Of a stretch of DNA of 64,000 bases, positions 42,842-52,640 are shown piece by piece. This DNA is from Vicinamibacteria bacterium. Lineage in GTDB: Bacteria; Acidobacteriota; Vicinamibacteria; Marinacidobacterales; Marinacidobacteraceae. The notes beneath the pieces are model-generated. The model ran no database searches and had not been told where the DNA came from. It saw only the letters and a list, made by a program, of their open reading frames with translations. Each line of letters begins with the position of its first letter. Positions within the stretch are counted from its first letter, which is position 1. Position numbers and translations under genes: made by a program. The DNA is taken from positions 3,136,001 through 3,200,000 of the forward strand of contig CAXXLQ010000004.1 of the NCBI GenBank assembly GCA_963668695.2, read 5' to 3'.

Positions 42842-43853
42842 GCCCGCTGGACCGACAGAGTCGCACTCCTTCCCCGACCCCGGTGACCCACCCCACCAGA
42901 GTCACCGGGATGGCCGCCGCCGCGGCGGCGGCCAGTACCCGCTCCTTCGGCCCGGCGACCAGCAGCTCGTAGTCCTCGCCGCCGAAGAGTGCGGCCTCCA
43001 GACCCGCCGCCCCCTCCCCGGCGAGGGGTAGCCGGGCCTCCTCGATGAGCGCTCCGACCCGACTCGCTTCGGCCAGGCGATGCAGGTCGAGCGCCAACCC
43101 GTCCGAGATGTCCATCGCGGCCCGGGCTGCGCCAGCCAGGGCCACCCCGGCCGCCAGCCGCGGGATGGGATCGAGCTGCCGGGCCACCAGCCGCTCTTCG
43201 TCCGGGCCGAAAGGAGACCCTTCGGCACCCGCGCGGCGGCGCAGCAGGCAAAGACCCAGCGCGGCGCCTCCCAGCTCCCCGGTCACGAAGAGGCCGTCAC
43301 CGGGCAGCGCTCCCGTTCGGCGCAGTAGCGGAGCGCCCGGGGCGGCGGCCCCGGCGACCGTGACGTGAAGCCCGAGGCGCTCGCCGGACGTAATGTTGCC
43401 CCCCGCGAGGGGGGCACCCAACTCCGAGGCCCGGTGCGCCGCCGCTTCGGCGATCGCTGCCGCCGCCTCCTCCCGGGGCGGCGGAGCAACCAGGGAGATC
43501 AGGGTCGCTACCGGACGGCCGCCCATCGCGGCCACATCGCTTACCGCCGCCGCCACCGCCCGGCGTCCAATGGCCCGCGGTGGATGAAGGCGGGGGTCGA
43601 AGTGAACGCCCTCCTCGGACGCATCCGTTGTCAGGAGGAGCGTGCCGCCATCGGGCCAACGAAATGCCGCAGCATCATCCCCCGGTCCCAGCACCATCCG
43701 CGGCACGGCGTCCGTGTGCTCCCGGGGATGCGCCGGAAGGGCGGCCAGGATACGCCGGAGCAACCGATCCTCTCCGGACAGGGACCGCGGCGCGGGAGAC
43801 CCGTCCGCCCGCGATCCCGAGGGACCGTCTGCCCCGCCGGAGGAACCGCGCAA
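42771..43853 (-). CDS. thiL: Thiamine-monophosphate kinase
   Basis: GPGDDAA, EGVHF, SDVAAMGG, GGNIT, MDISDGL, GGEDYELL, GWD; 3' end overlaps gatA by 71 bp. Confidence 0.92.
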   Translation of the reverse strand: MRGSSGGADGPSGSRADGSPAPRSLSGEDRLLRRILAALPAHPREHTDAVPRMVLGPGDDAAAFRWPDGGTLLLTTDASEEGVHFDPRLHPPRAIGRRAVAAAVSDVAAMGGRPVATLISLVAPPPREEAAAAIAEAAAHRASELGAPLAGGNITSGERLGLHVTVAGAAAPGAPLLRRTGALPGDGLFVTGELGGAALGLCLLRRRAGAEGSPFGPDEERLVARQLDPIPRLAAGVALAGAARAAMDISDGLALDLHRLAEASRVGALIEEARLPLAGEGAAGLEAALFGGEDYELLVAGPKERVLAAAAAAAIPVTLVGWVTGVGEGVRLCRSSGLTEPLPPRGWDSWAAGRRGSGSR

Positions 43854-43865
43854 CTAGTTAGCCCC

Positions 43866-44298
43866 CCGTGGGGAAAGCACCCCGCACGATTCCCGGAACG
43901 GTACGGGCAGCGATTCCGGCGACTTGTGCGCGTGCGCGGCGCTTCCCCCACGGGGGGATACCGCGCATCGCTCCGCGATCCGCGCCATCGTCTTCCGTGG
44001 GGCGGGGAAACCCCTCCCCACGCCCCTCCCCCGCGGCGCTCCGCGCCGCGAATGGACCGCACCAGAGTTTCGCCACCGCACACTCCGTGGGAAAAGCACC
44101 CCGCACGATTCCTGGAACGGTACGTGCGGCGATTCCGGCGATTTGTGCGCGTGCGCGGCGCTTTCCCCACAGGGGGATAGCGCGCATCGCTCCGCGATCC
44201 GCGCCATCGTCTTCCGTGGGGAGGGGAGACCCCTCCCCACGCCCGTCCCCCGCAGCGCTGCGCGCCGCGAATGGACCGAACCAGTGTTTCGCCACCGC
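43866..44298. repeat. Family C: two tandem hairpin-rich units of about 219 bp
   Basis: CCGTGGG(G/A)AAAGCACCCCGCACGATTCC starts at 43866 and 44085; internal hairpin CGTGGGGAGGGGAGACCCCTCCCCACG. Confidence 0.85.
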
Positions 44299-44329
44299 CT
44301 GTTGGATCCGGAGCCGCGACCGACGGCGG

Positions 44330-44641
44330 TCAGTCCTTCCGAGGGGCAGCTTGCTCCATGCGCTTCACGAAATCAGCGAGCCGGCCCCGCACGGCCTCCA
44401 CCGCCCGCTCGACTTCGTCCGACTTGGCGTCGTTCGCCGCCCGCTGGCGCAGCAACTCATCCCCCATGTTGAGCGCCGCGAGAATCGCGACCTCCTCCTT
44501 TTCAAGCTTCGGCGCCGCCCGCACGATGTCTCCGATGCGCCCGTTCACCAGCCGGGCGACCGCCTCCAGGTCGGCGCCCCCCTCGTCCGAGCGCAAGCGA
44601 TAGGAGCGGCCGGCAACCTCGACTTCGACGATCGCGCTCAT
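44330..44641 (-). CDS. zapA: Cell division protein ZapA
   Basis: VEVEVAGRSYRL, VARLVNGRI, AILAALNMGDELL. Confidence 0.88.
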   Translation of the reverse strand: MSAIVEVEVAGRSYRLRSDEGGADLEAVARLVNGRIGDIVRAAPKLEKEEVAILAALNMGDELLRQRAANDAKSDEVERAVEAVRGRLADFVKRMEQAAPRKD

Positions 44642-44653
44642 CGCAGACCGACC

Positions 44654-44938
44654 TCAGCGAGAACCCTTTTCGGAGGAATCCCCTGCCCCGGTGACCGCAC
44701 GAAGCGCTTGGCGGATCACCTCGCGTTCCTCACGCAGGATCGCGGTCGCCTGCTCGGCCTGCTTCGCCCGGGTCCTGGCTCCCTGCTCCGCCTCCCGAAC
44801 CGCATCCCGGTCCCGCTGGGCCTCGCGGACGCGCGCATCGGTTTGCTCGGCAATTTGTGCGCAAACCGTCTCGAAAGCGGACGCCGCCCGCTCGATGTCC
44901 GCCAGCAACCCCCGGACGGCGGCTGCGGGATCGGACAT
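44654..44938 (-). CDS. Small coiled-coil protein (ZapB-like by position)
   Basis: 94-aa heptad-rich ORF ending LREEREVIRQAL, between rplT and zapA. Confidence 0.6.
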   Translation of the reverse strand: MSDPAAAVRGLLADIERAASAFETVCAQIAEQTDARVREAQRDRDAVREAEQGARTRAKQAEQATAILREEREVIRQALRAVTGAGDSSEKGSR

Positions 44939-44971
44939 GGACGGTTTCCGGTTGGGTATCGGTGCCTCTCT

Positions 44972-45346
44972 CTACCCGGGGCTCGCCCCAGCCTGCAGGG
45001 CGCCCCGAGCCCGGTCCACCAGGCATTCGAAGGCCCCCGGGTCGTGCACGGCCAGCTCCGCCAGTTGTTTCCGGTTCACACCCACCTGCGCCAGGTTCAG
45101 CCCGTGGGCGAACTGGGCGTACGGAAGCCCGCGCTCGCGCGATGCCGCGCTGATGCGCGTTATCCAGAGGCGGCGGAAATCACGCTTGCGGGTGCGCCGG
45201 TCGCGGTAGGCGTACGACAGGGCGCGATCCAGGGCCTGCATCGCGTGCCGATAGAGCTTGCCGCGCATCCCGCGGTAGCCTCGGGTCAGTTTGAGAACCC
45301 GCCGGCGGCGATCCCGCCGGTGGGTCCCGCGTTTCACTCGGGACAT
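44972..45346 (-). CDS. rplT: 50S ribosomal protein L20
   Basis: MSRVKRG, YAYRDRRTRKRDFRRLWITRI, NRKQLAELAV. Confidence 0.97.
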   Translation of the reverse strand: MSRVKRGTHRRDRRRRVLKLTRGYRGMRGKLYRHAMQALDRALSYAYRDRRTRKRDFRRLWITRISAASRERGLPYAQFAHGLNLAQVGVNRKQLAELAVHDPGAFECLVDRARGALQAGASPG

Positions 45347-45395
45347 CGTGTCTTCTCCAGCTCCCTGCTTCCGGTGGTGGAAGGGACTTCCGCCA

Positions 45396-45590
45396 TCAGC
45401 CGATGATCCGGGAGATCATCTTCGCCTCACCCTCGAACACCCAAGCGCCGCTGCGGAGCCGGCGGCGACGCTTCGCTGACTTCTTGGTGAGGATGTGGCC
45501 GTGGTACGCACACCTGCGGCGCACTCGGCCGCTGGCGGTCTTTTTGAACCGCTTGGCGGCCCCGCGATGGGTTTTCATCTTGATTTTCAT
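45396..45590 (-). CDS. rpmI: 50S ribosomal protein L35
   Basis: [32 protein letters not shown]. Confidence 0.97.
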   Translation of the reverse strand: MKIKMKTHRGAAKRFKKTASGRVRRRCAYHGHILTKKSAKRRRRLRSGAWVFEGEAKMISRIIG

Positions 45591-45618
45591 GGATGGGCTC
45601 CGGAAATCTGTCTGCGGC

Positions 45619-46233
45619 TCAACCGGCCGCGACGCGCTGGGCGCGCCGCGTCCGGGGCGCGTGGGAATCTTCCTCCGACGCTGCTTTTTCGGCGCGCTCG
45701 ACGCGCAGCGCCTCGAGCAGACGGCGGGTTGGAGCGAGGATCATGCTCATCTGGTTTCCGACGATGCTCGATCTGGACTCGACGGTTGCGATCTCGGCAA
45801 GCCGCGCGGTGACGTCATCGAGGATGCGATCTCCCAATTCCCGACGACTCCTCTCGCGCGCCCGCTTGAACCAGATCGTGGCCTTGACCTTGTGACCTTC
45901 ATGGAGGAACCGCTCAATCTGCTTCATCTTGGTCGCGCGGTCGTGCTGTCCGATGATGATGCGGAATTTGACCTCCTTGACCTGGTTCTGTTTCTGGTGG
46001 CTCTTGGAATCTTGGGATTTTTTGCTCTGCTGATACACGAACCGGCCATAGTTCATGATCTTGCAGACCGGAGGGTTCCGATTCGGCACGATCTCGACGA
46101 GATCGAGTCCCCGGTCGGCGGCCAGGCGCCGGGCATCCATCAGGGCCAGATCGCCAAGTTTCTCGCCGCCATCGCCGATCACCAGGACAATGGGAGCTCG
46201 TATTCGGTCGTTTATCCTGAGAGAACTATTGAT
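45619..46233 (-). CDS. infC: Translation initiation factor IF-3, non-canonical ATC start
   Basis: [35 protein letters not shown]; SD GGAGGTGA 3 nt before in-frame ATC at 46233. Confidence 0.93.
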   Translation of the reverse strand: MNSSLRINDRIRAPIVLVIGDGGEKLGDLALMDARRLAADRGLDLVEIVPNRNPPVCKIMNYGRFVYQQSKKSQDSKSHQKQNQVKEVKFRIIIGQHDRATKMKQIERFLHEGHKVKATIWFKRARERSRRELGDRILDDVTARLAEIATVESRSSIVGNQMSMILAPTRRLLEALRVERAEKAASEEDSHAPRTRRAQRVAAG

Positions 46234-46326
46234 GGATCACCTCCGCACCGCAGGCGGGTCGGCGGATTATCGCCCCTTCGGGCCCGATTCGCCAGCGCCA
46301 GCCCGCCGCGTTCCGGGTCGCCAGTG

Positions 46327-46903
46327 GTCGGTGGTGGAACCCGGGTGAGCGCCGAGGCCGGTGAGGCGCCCGGCTGACAAGGCGCGTGAGGGAGGAATAC
46401 CCGGTGTATTTCGACCGAAACGCAACGATGAGCGGCGCGAAGCGACGCGGTGAACAGCCGGTGATGGAACCCGCGTGAGCGCCGAGGCCGGCCAGTCCTC
46501 CCGGTGGGGGCGAGGCACCCGGCTGACAAGGCGCGTGAGGGAGGAGCCCCCACCGGGAGAACTGGCCCGGGTGTATTTCGACCGAAACGCAACGATGAGC
46601 GGCGCGCAGCGACGCGGTTCAGCCGGGATGGATCGCCGGCCGAGCCCCCACCGGGAGAACTGGGCCACGTGGGTTTCATCACCGGTTGTTTGGCCGGGAT
46701 GGATCGCCGGCCGAGCCCCCACCGGGAGAACTGGGCCACGTGGGTTTCATCACCGGTTGTTTGGCCGGGATGGATCGCCGGCCGAGCCCCCACCGGGAGA
46801 ACTGGGCCGCGCGGGTTTCATCACAGGCTGTTTGGCCGGGATGGATCGCCGGCCGAGCCCCCACCGGGAGAACTGGGCCGCCTGGGTTCCACCACCGGCT
46901 GCT
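46327..46903. mobile_element. Composite family A element with four tandem 71-bp terminal units, between thrS and infC
   Basis: GCCGGGATGGATCGCCGG units at 46622, 46693, 46764 and 46835. Confidence 0.85.
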
Positions 46904-46910
46904 CGGCCGC

Positions 46911-48815
46911 TCACGGGGTGAGCGACCTGTTCTTTGTGAGTTCCCCTAGCCGGTCGGCAAGGGCGGCGGTCGTCAGGATTTCCTGGCCCCGTTTACCCCG
47001 GGTGCGCACCGCCAGAGTGTCTTCTTCCACTTCGCGGTCGCCGAGCACCACCATGAACGGAATCCGCACCACTTCTGCTTGGCGGATCTTGTAGCCCATC
47101 TTCTCCCGGCGGTCGTCAACGGCGATCCGGAAGCCCTGGGCCCGGAGCGCGTCGGCTACTTCCGCCGCCGCCGCCTGATGCCGATCGGCAATTGGAATCA
47201 GCATTGCCTGGACCGGCGCGATCCAGACCGGGAGGGCTCCCGCGGTGTGCTCGAGGAGGAGCGCAAAGAAGCGTTCCACGGAACCCAGGATGGCTCGATG
47301 AATCACCACCGGGCGCTCCCGCCCGCCGTCTTCGGTCGCGTAGTACAGATCGAAAGCCGGAGCCTGGGAGAAATCGAGCTGGATGGTGGCGCACTGGTGG
47401 CTGCGGCGCAGGGCGTCACGGACATGGAAGTCGATCTTGGGGCCGTAGAACGCGCCATCTCCCGAGTTCACCAACCAGGCATCTCCGGACTCGGTGAGGG
47501 CTTCCACCAGCGCCGCTTCCGCCTGTTCCCAGGTCTCGGACGTACCGACCGATTTTTCGGGTCGGGTCGACACCTCGATCTGGATGTCCTCAAAGCCGAA
47601 CTCGCCGTAGACCTCCTTCACGAGATCCACCAGTGCCACGACCTCCGCCTTTACCTGGTCGAGCCGGCAGTAGATGTGGGCGTCGTCCTGGGTGAAGGCG
47701 CGCACCCGGGTGAGGCCCGAGAGAACGCCCGAGGGTTCGAAACGATGGCAGTGGCCGAACTCCGAAAGGCGGAGCGGCAGATCGCGGTACGAACGGATGT
47801 CGGAGCGGTAGACGAGCGCCGCACCCGGACAGTTCATCGGTTTGATTCCGAAACGGTTCTCGTCCGACTCGATGAAAAACATGTTGTCTCGATAGTGATC
47901 GAGATGGCCGCTGCGAGCCCAGACCGACTCATTCAGGATCAACGGAGTGCGGATCTCCTCGTAGGAACGCCGTTCCAGCTTTTCGCGCATGGAATCGAGC
48001 AGCCGGTTCACCACTCCCATCCCCGCGGGGAGCCAGAACACCTGACCGGGAGCCTCCGGGAGGATCAGGAAGAGGCGCTGATCGCGACCGATCCGGCGGT
48101 GATCGCGCCGTTTCGCCTCCTCCAGGCGAGCAAGGTGGGCCGCCATCTCCTTCCTGTCGGTGAAGCTCGTGGCGTAGATCCGCTGCATCGGAATCCCGCT
48201 CGAGTCTCCTTTCCAGTAGGCGTTCGAACTCGACAGCACCTTCAGGGCCCGAATCACCCCGGTGTGCGGCACATGGGGCCCCTCGCAAAAATCAAAGAAA
48301 TTCCCGACCCGATAACACGAAACCCGCGCATCTCCCTTTTCGCGGACGAGCTCTACCTTGAAGAGCTCCCCCTGTTCCTCGAAGACGCGAATGGCGTCGT
48401 CCTTGTCGAGGATTTCGCGCTCGAACGGGATGCGCTGTTTGACCAACTCGCGCATCCGCACCTCGATGCGGTCGAGGTCCTCGCGGGAGAAAGGCTCTTC
48501 GACCCGGAAGTCATAGTAGAACCCGCCCTCTATCGGCGGGCCGATTCCATAGCGCGCCTCGGGAAACAGATCCTTTACCGCAGCGGCGAGAAGGTGCGCC
48601 GAACTGTGGCGAAACACATGGAGCCCGTCGGCATCTGCAGGCGTAAGGAACCGCACGTCGGCGTCGGCCTCGGGACAGTAGGCGAGATCCACTTCCCGCC
48701 CATCCAGGATGGCGGCGACGGCGCCAGCGGGAGCGACGCCGGCAAGGGGATCCCCAGCCGGGAGAGACACCTCGCCGCGTTCGGCGAGGCGGATTCGGAT
48801 GGAAGGAGAAGGCAC
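46911..48815 (-). CDS. thrS: Threonine--tRNA ligase
   Basis: RHSSAHLLA, DFCEGPH, RDHRRIG, KPMNCPG, GLTRVRAFTQDDAH, FYGPKID, IHRAILGSVERF. Confidence 0.98.
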   Translation of the reverse strand: MPSPSIRIRLAERGEVSLPAGDPLAGVAPAGAVAAILDGREVDLAYCPEADADVRFLTPADADGLHVFRHSSAHLLAAAVKDLFPEARYGIGPPIEGGFYYDFRVEEPFSREDLDRIEVRMRELVKQRIPFEREILDKDDAIRVFEEQGELFKVELVREKGDARVSCYRVGNFFDFCEGPHVPHTGVIRALKVLSSSNAYWKGDSSGIPMQRIYATSFTDRKEMAAHLARLEEAKRRDHRRIGRDQRLFLILPEAPGQVFWLPAGMGVVNRLLDSMREKLERRSYEEIRTPLILNESVWARSGHLDHYRDNMFFIESDENRFGIKPMNCPGAALVYRSDIRSYRDLPLRLSEFGHCHRFEPSGVLSGLTRVRAFTQDDAHIYCRLDQVKAEVVALVDLVKEVYGEFGFEDIQIEVSTRPEKSVGTSETWEQAEAALVEALTESGDAWLVNSGDGAFYGPKIDFHVRDALRRSHQCATIQLDFSQAPAFDLYYATEDGGRERPVVIHRAILGSVERFFALLLEHTAGALPVWIAPVQAMLIPIADRHQAAAAEVADALRAQGFRIAVDDRREKMGYKIRQAEVVRIPFMVVLGDREVEEDTLAVRTRGKRGQEILTTAALADRLGELTKNRSLTP

Positions 48816-48960
48816 TCTGTCTTTTTATCCCGGCGCGGGACGCCGCACAAGGCCCGACCCGTCGTTGCCCGTCGTGGTTTCGCATGAACCGCGGCCGGCT
48901 GGCACGCGAAGAACCGGACCGGACTCTTCGCGGGTCTTTGGCACCCCGGGAAAGGAGGAA

Positions 48961-49035
48961 TGGTAGGCGCGGGCGGATTTGAACCGCCGACTTCTACCGT
49001 GTCAAGGTAGCGCTCTCCCCCTGAGCTACGCGCCT
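48961..49035 (-). tRNA. tRNA-Val(GAC)
   Basis: Reverse complement AGGCGCGTAGCTCAG..CTACC-TTGACAC-GGTAG..GGTTCAAATCC..CGCGCCTACCA. Confidence 0.96.
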
Positions 49036-49053
49036 GCCCGGGAAGCAGAAATT

Positions 49054-49306
49054 TAGCAGCCTGTGCACAAGATCACGCGGCCCAGTTTGGGGCCCCGGCC
49101 GGCGATGCATCCCGGCTGAAACGATCCGCTTGGCGTCTCTCGTCGTTGCGCTTCGGTCGAAATACACCAGGGCCGGTTCTCCCGGTGGGGGCTCCTCCCG
49201 CGCGCGCGTTGTCAGCCGGGCCCCCACCGGGAGGACTAGCCCCACCGGGAGAACTGGGCCTCGCCCGCCAACCTCGGCGCTCACGTCACCTGGTCCACCG
49301 GCCGCT
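49054..49306. mobile_element. Degenerate family A element upstream of tRNA-Val
   Basis: TA|GCAGCCTGTGCACAAG start, A core, three U-like inserts, decayed right end. Confidence 0.75.
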
Positions 49307-49395
49307 GACGATTCCCACCCACCCAAGAACGACTTTTCCACATTCCGGCCTGAGGTGGGAAAGCAGCGGCCGAATTTCCGTCTACTCATTACAGA

Positions 49396-52300
49396 GTGTC
49401 CCCGACATCTGCACCCCACCCGAATCCGCGCCCGGTGCGGAATCCGATCCCCGGCCTGCTGCCGCTTCTCCGCCGGCAGGGACGGATCCCGGCGTCCATG
49501 GCGGAGCGCACCGCCGCCATCGAAAGACTGTCTTCCGCGCGGCAGGAGGCGGCCCTGCTCGCCGACGGGATCGTCTCCGAAGAGGACATAGCCCAAGCAG
49601 TCGCCCAGGATGCCGGGCTCCCTTTCCAGGTGATCAACCCCCTGGACCTCAACTCGGAGGTGGTCACCGACGCCCTGCCCGCTCCTTTCGCGCGCCGGAA
49701 CACGATCTGCGCCCTCTCGAAGGAAGGCGACACGCTGACCGTCGCAGTCGCCAACCCCTTCGACCGCGGCGCGATCGCGGATCTCCGGCGGTATCTGGGA
49801 GTAAGGGTCAACGTGGTGGTGGCCACCCGCTCCGACATAGAGGGAATCAACGGGAGTCTCTACAACCTTCGCACCTCGCTCCGGGCTGCCGAAACCGAGT
49901 TGACCCACGAACACGGCGCGGCTTCCCAACTGGGGACCCAGGAGTTCGCTTCGGAATCCGTGGACGCCGGAGACCTGGAGCCAACCACCCGGCCGGTCGT
50001 GGCGGCGCTCGACAGCATCCTCCGCCAGGCGTTCGAGCAGCGCGCTTCGGACATCCACCTTGAGCCGAAGCGCGACCGGGCAGTCGTGCGGTTTCGGGTG
50101 GACGGCGTCCTGCGCACGATGCACACCTTCCCTCGCATCGTCTATCAGGCGGTGGTGAGTCGTCTCAAGATGCTCAGCGGACTCGACATCGCCGAAAAGC
50201 GCCGGCCTCAGGATGGCCGCTTCAAGCGGATCGAGCCCGACAAGGAAATCGAGCTGCGGATCTCGACACTCCCCACCGTCTTCGGCGAGAAGGCGGTACT
50301 CCGGGTGTTCGACCCGGCGGCGCTCGTTTCCTCCCTGGAGCAACTGAAACTGACCGAAGACGACGAAACCCGGCTGCGCCAAATCCTGGGCCGCCGCGAG
50401 GGTCTCGTGCTGGTCACCGGTCCCACCGGGAGCGGCAAGACCACAACGCTCTACTCGGTGCTCCGTCACCTCGCGACTCCCGAAGTCAACGTCGTCACCA
50501 TCGAGGATCCGGTGGAACTGATCTATCCGCCGCTCAGCCAGGTTCAGGTGAATCCGCGCATCCGCCTCACCTTCGCGGCCTGCATCCGCAGCGTGCTCCG
50601 GCAGGATCCCGACATCGTGATGGTGGGCGAGATTCGGGACCGGGAGACCGCCGAGATGGCAGTGCAGGCGGCCCTGACCGGGCATCTGGTTCTCTCCACG
50701 CTACACACCAACGACGCTCCCGGAGCGATGACCCGGCTCGCCGATCTCGGAGTGCCCCGGTTTCTGATCGGGAGCACCCTGGTGGGCGTGGTAGCCCAGC
50801 GTCTCGTGCGCACCATTTGCAGTGGTTGTACTCGCGAGACGCGGGTGTCGGCCGAAGAGGCCCGCACCCTGCTGGCCCCGCAAATCCGGGGGCGGCTCGT
50901 CCGGCAGGGACGCGGCTGCGCGCGCTGCCGGGACACCGGCTACCGGGGTCGCAGGGGTATCTTCGAGATCCTCACCATCGACTCCGAAGCCGCGGCCGAC
51001 ATCCTCGGCGGCTGCACGGCCGAGCACCTGGCGCGCTCCGCCCGCCGGCGGGGCATCCCGGATTTGCGCCAGGCTGCGGTGGGTCGACTCCTCGAAGGCG
51101 ACACTACGGTCGCGGAGGTGATCCGGGTGACCGGGGTGGGTCAAATCCCGCGCTCGGCCGAGGCACCGCCGCGTGGGGCCGCGGCGGACCGCAGGGGCGA
51201 CGCGCTCTCAGTCGCCCAGGGCGCGGCTGATCACGAGGAGCAGCCCCGGGATCCCGTAGAACGCCACGATCACGTAGCCGACCGCCACGGCCCGGTTCGC
51301 CACAGCGATCTCCGCGAGGCGGCGCGCGACCGCCAACGGGATTTCCCGGATCCTGGGAACCGGGTAGATGAGCAAAATCCCGACCAGGTTGAAGAGGAGG
51401 TGCACCACCGCCAACTGGAATCCCCAGTGGGCATTGGGGCCGGAAACCGCGAGAGCTGCCAGGAAGGCGGTGAGTGTCGTTCCGACGTTTGCGCCCAGGG
51501 TGACCGGGAAAGCGTCATCAAGGAGCAAGAGCCCCGCCCCGGCGAGGGGGACCAGCATCGAGGTGGTTATCGAACTGGATTGGACCAGAACCGTGACGAG
51601 CGCTCCCACCCCCATGGCCGCAAGCGCGTGGCTGCCGAGCACCCGGTGCATGACGGCCTCGCCCCGACCCGCGGAAAGGCTCTTGAGGGTGCGAACCAGC
51701 AATCCGAGGGCGACCACGAGCAGCACCACCGAGACGATGGCCAGGATGGCGGCAGCCGCCTGATCCGAACCGGTGACGACGCCGGCGAACCACTCGATCG
51801 GCCTCGGAACCAGTTGAATGACACCCTTGAGCGGGCTCTCATAGTCGATTCCGTGGCCCAGTGCCCCTCCGAAGATCCCCGACACCGCACCGGACAGGCG
51901 CACCAGGAAACCGGTGGCCATCTCGAGCGGCAGCAGGATGCCCACCGCCATCAGATTGAACAAGTCGTGGCAGGTCGCCACGGCAAAGGCCCGCCGCAGT
52001 TCCTGGCCGACTCTCAGGTGTCCGAGGGCGGCGATCGTGTTCGTGACCGTGGTCCCGATGTTGGCGCCCATCACCATGGGGATGGCGCTCTCGAACGGCA
52101 ACGGGGACTCGGGAGCAGCCACCAAACCGACGATGAGGGAACTGGTCACCGAGGAACTCTGCACCAGGGTAGTGGCCAGAATTCCGATGAGGAGGCCGAC
52201 GAGGGGGTTCTCCGAAGCCTGGAAAAAGCTGTCGAGGAGCCCGGACCCGAGGCCCTCGAAACCCTCCCCCAAGCCGTCAATCGCTCCGAGAAAGAGGATG

Positions 52301-52563
52301 AAGAGCAGAATCAGGCCGACGAATCGGGAGACCTGGCCGGACACGCTCCTACCGGATTCGCGGCCCGACATCCCCGGCTCCCGCGCGCGGTCTATACCGA
52401 GTCCGGCCCCGCGGACCAGAGCGTCAGCGACAGGAAGACCGAAGGGAAGAACGACCGACGCCGGAAGACTGGGAAGGCGGGTGAAGAGGAGTTGTCGGAG
52501 CGGCCGCGCTCGAACCGCGTATGTGCCTCCAACATGAGGCGCCATGTTGTTCCTCCCGCATGA
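49396..52563 (+). CDS. GspE/PilB-family secretion or pilus ATPase; homology ends near 51132 but there is no in-frame stop until 52563
   Basis: ASDIHLEP, LDIAEKRRPQDGR, GPTGSGKTTT, TIEDPVE, RQDPDIVMVGEIRD, LSTLHTN, two CxxC pairs, TTVAEVIRV; true 3' end uncertain. Confidence 0.8.
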   Translation: MSPTSAPHPNPRPVRNPIPGLLPLLRRQGRIPASMAERTAAIERLSSARQEAALLADGIVSEEDIAQAVAQDAGLPFQVINPLDLNSEVVTDALPAPFARRNTICALSKEGDTLTVAVANPFDRGAIADLRRYLGVRVNVVVATRSDIEGINGSLYNLRTSLRAAETELTHEHGAASQLGTQEFASESVDAGDLEPTTRPVVAALDSILRQAFEQRASDIHLEPKRDRAVVRFRVDGVLRTMHTFPRIVYQAVVSRLKMLSGLDIAEKRRPQDGRFKRIEPDKEIELRISTLPTVFGEKAVLRVFDPAALVSSLEQLKLTEDDETRLRQILGRREGLVLVTGPTGSGKTTTLYSVLRHLATPEVNVVTIEDPVELIYPPLSQVQVNPRIRLTFAACIRSVLRQDPDIVMVGEIRDRETAEMAVQAALTGHLVLSTLHTNDAPGAMTRLADLGVPRFLIGSTLVGVVAQRLVRTICSGCTRETRVSAEEARTLLAPQIRGRLVRQGRGCARCRDTGYRGRRGIFEILTIDSEAAADILGGCTAEHLARSARRRGIPDLRQAAVGRLLEGDTTVAEVIRVTGVGQIPRSAEAPPRGAAADRRGDALSVAQGAADHEEQPRDPVERHDHVADRHGPVRHSDLREAARDRQRDFPDPGNRVDEQNPDQVEEEVHHRQLESPVGIGAGNRESCQEGGECRSDVCAQGDRESVIKEQEPRPGEGDQHRGGYRTGLDQNRDERSHPHGRKRVAAEHPVHDGLAPTRGKALEGANQQSEGDHEQHHRDDGQDGGSRLIRTGDDAGEPLDRPRNQLNDTLERALIVDSVAQCPSEDPRHRTGQAHQETGGHLERQQDAHRHQIEQVVAGRHGKGPPQFLADSQVSEGGDRVRDRGPDVGAHHHGDGALERQRGLGSSHQTDDEGTGHRGTLHQGSGQNSDEEADEGVLRSLEKAVEEPGPEALETLPQAVNRSEKEDEEQNQADESGDLAGHAPTGFAARHPRLPRAVYTESGPADQSVSDRKTEGKNDRRRKTGKAGEEELSERPRSNRVCASNMRRHVVPPA
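51208..52371 (-). CDS. Na+/phosphate symporter (NptA/PNaS family)
   Basis: Two QSSS repeats (LVQSSSVTSS, LVQSSSITTS) with GANIGTT/GANVGTT; ATG 52371. Confidence 0.9.
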   Translation of the reverse strand: MSGRESGRSVSGQVSRFVGLILLFILFLGAIDGLGEGFEGLGSGLLDSFFQASENPLVGLLIGILATTLVQSSSVTSSLIVGLVAAPESPLPFESAIPMVMGANIGTTVTNTIAALGHLRVGQELRRAFAVATCHDLFNLMAVGILLPLEMATGFLVRLSGAVSGIFGGALGHGIDYESPLKGVIQLVPRPIEWFAGVVTGSDQAAAAILAIVSVVLLVVALGLLVRTLKSLSAGRGEAVMHRVLGSHALAAMGVGALVTVLVQSSSITTSMLVPLAGAGLLLLDDAFPVTLGANVGTTLTAFLAALAVSGPNAHWGFQLAVVHLLFNLVGILLIYPVPRIREIPLAVARRLAEIAVANRAVAVGYVIVAFYGIPGLLLVISRALGD

Positions 52564-52569
52564 CGGGTC

Positions 52570-52640
52570 CTTGAACCATTCGTGAAACAAAGTTCAAGAT
52601 CGAGTGAATATTCAGGGACTCAAAATGAATTCAATGTGAA
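52570..52640. promoter_or_regulatory. AT-rich palindrome cluster, candidate operator region upstream of the Na/Pi symporter
   Basis: CTTGAAC-N15-GTTCAAG, TGAATATTCA at 52605-52614, TGAATTCA at 52626-52633. Confidence 0.35.

Noticed and set aside
43866-44320. 6S RNA downstream of zapA
   Set aside because: The position fits, but the sequence is a tandem duplication of local hairpins rather than one long rod with a central bubble. Not called without an Infernal search.
38451-48915. Other TGGCAC hexamers (38451, 48900) as sigma54 promoters
   Set aside because: They lack TTGC at the required spacing.
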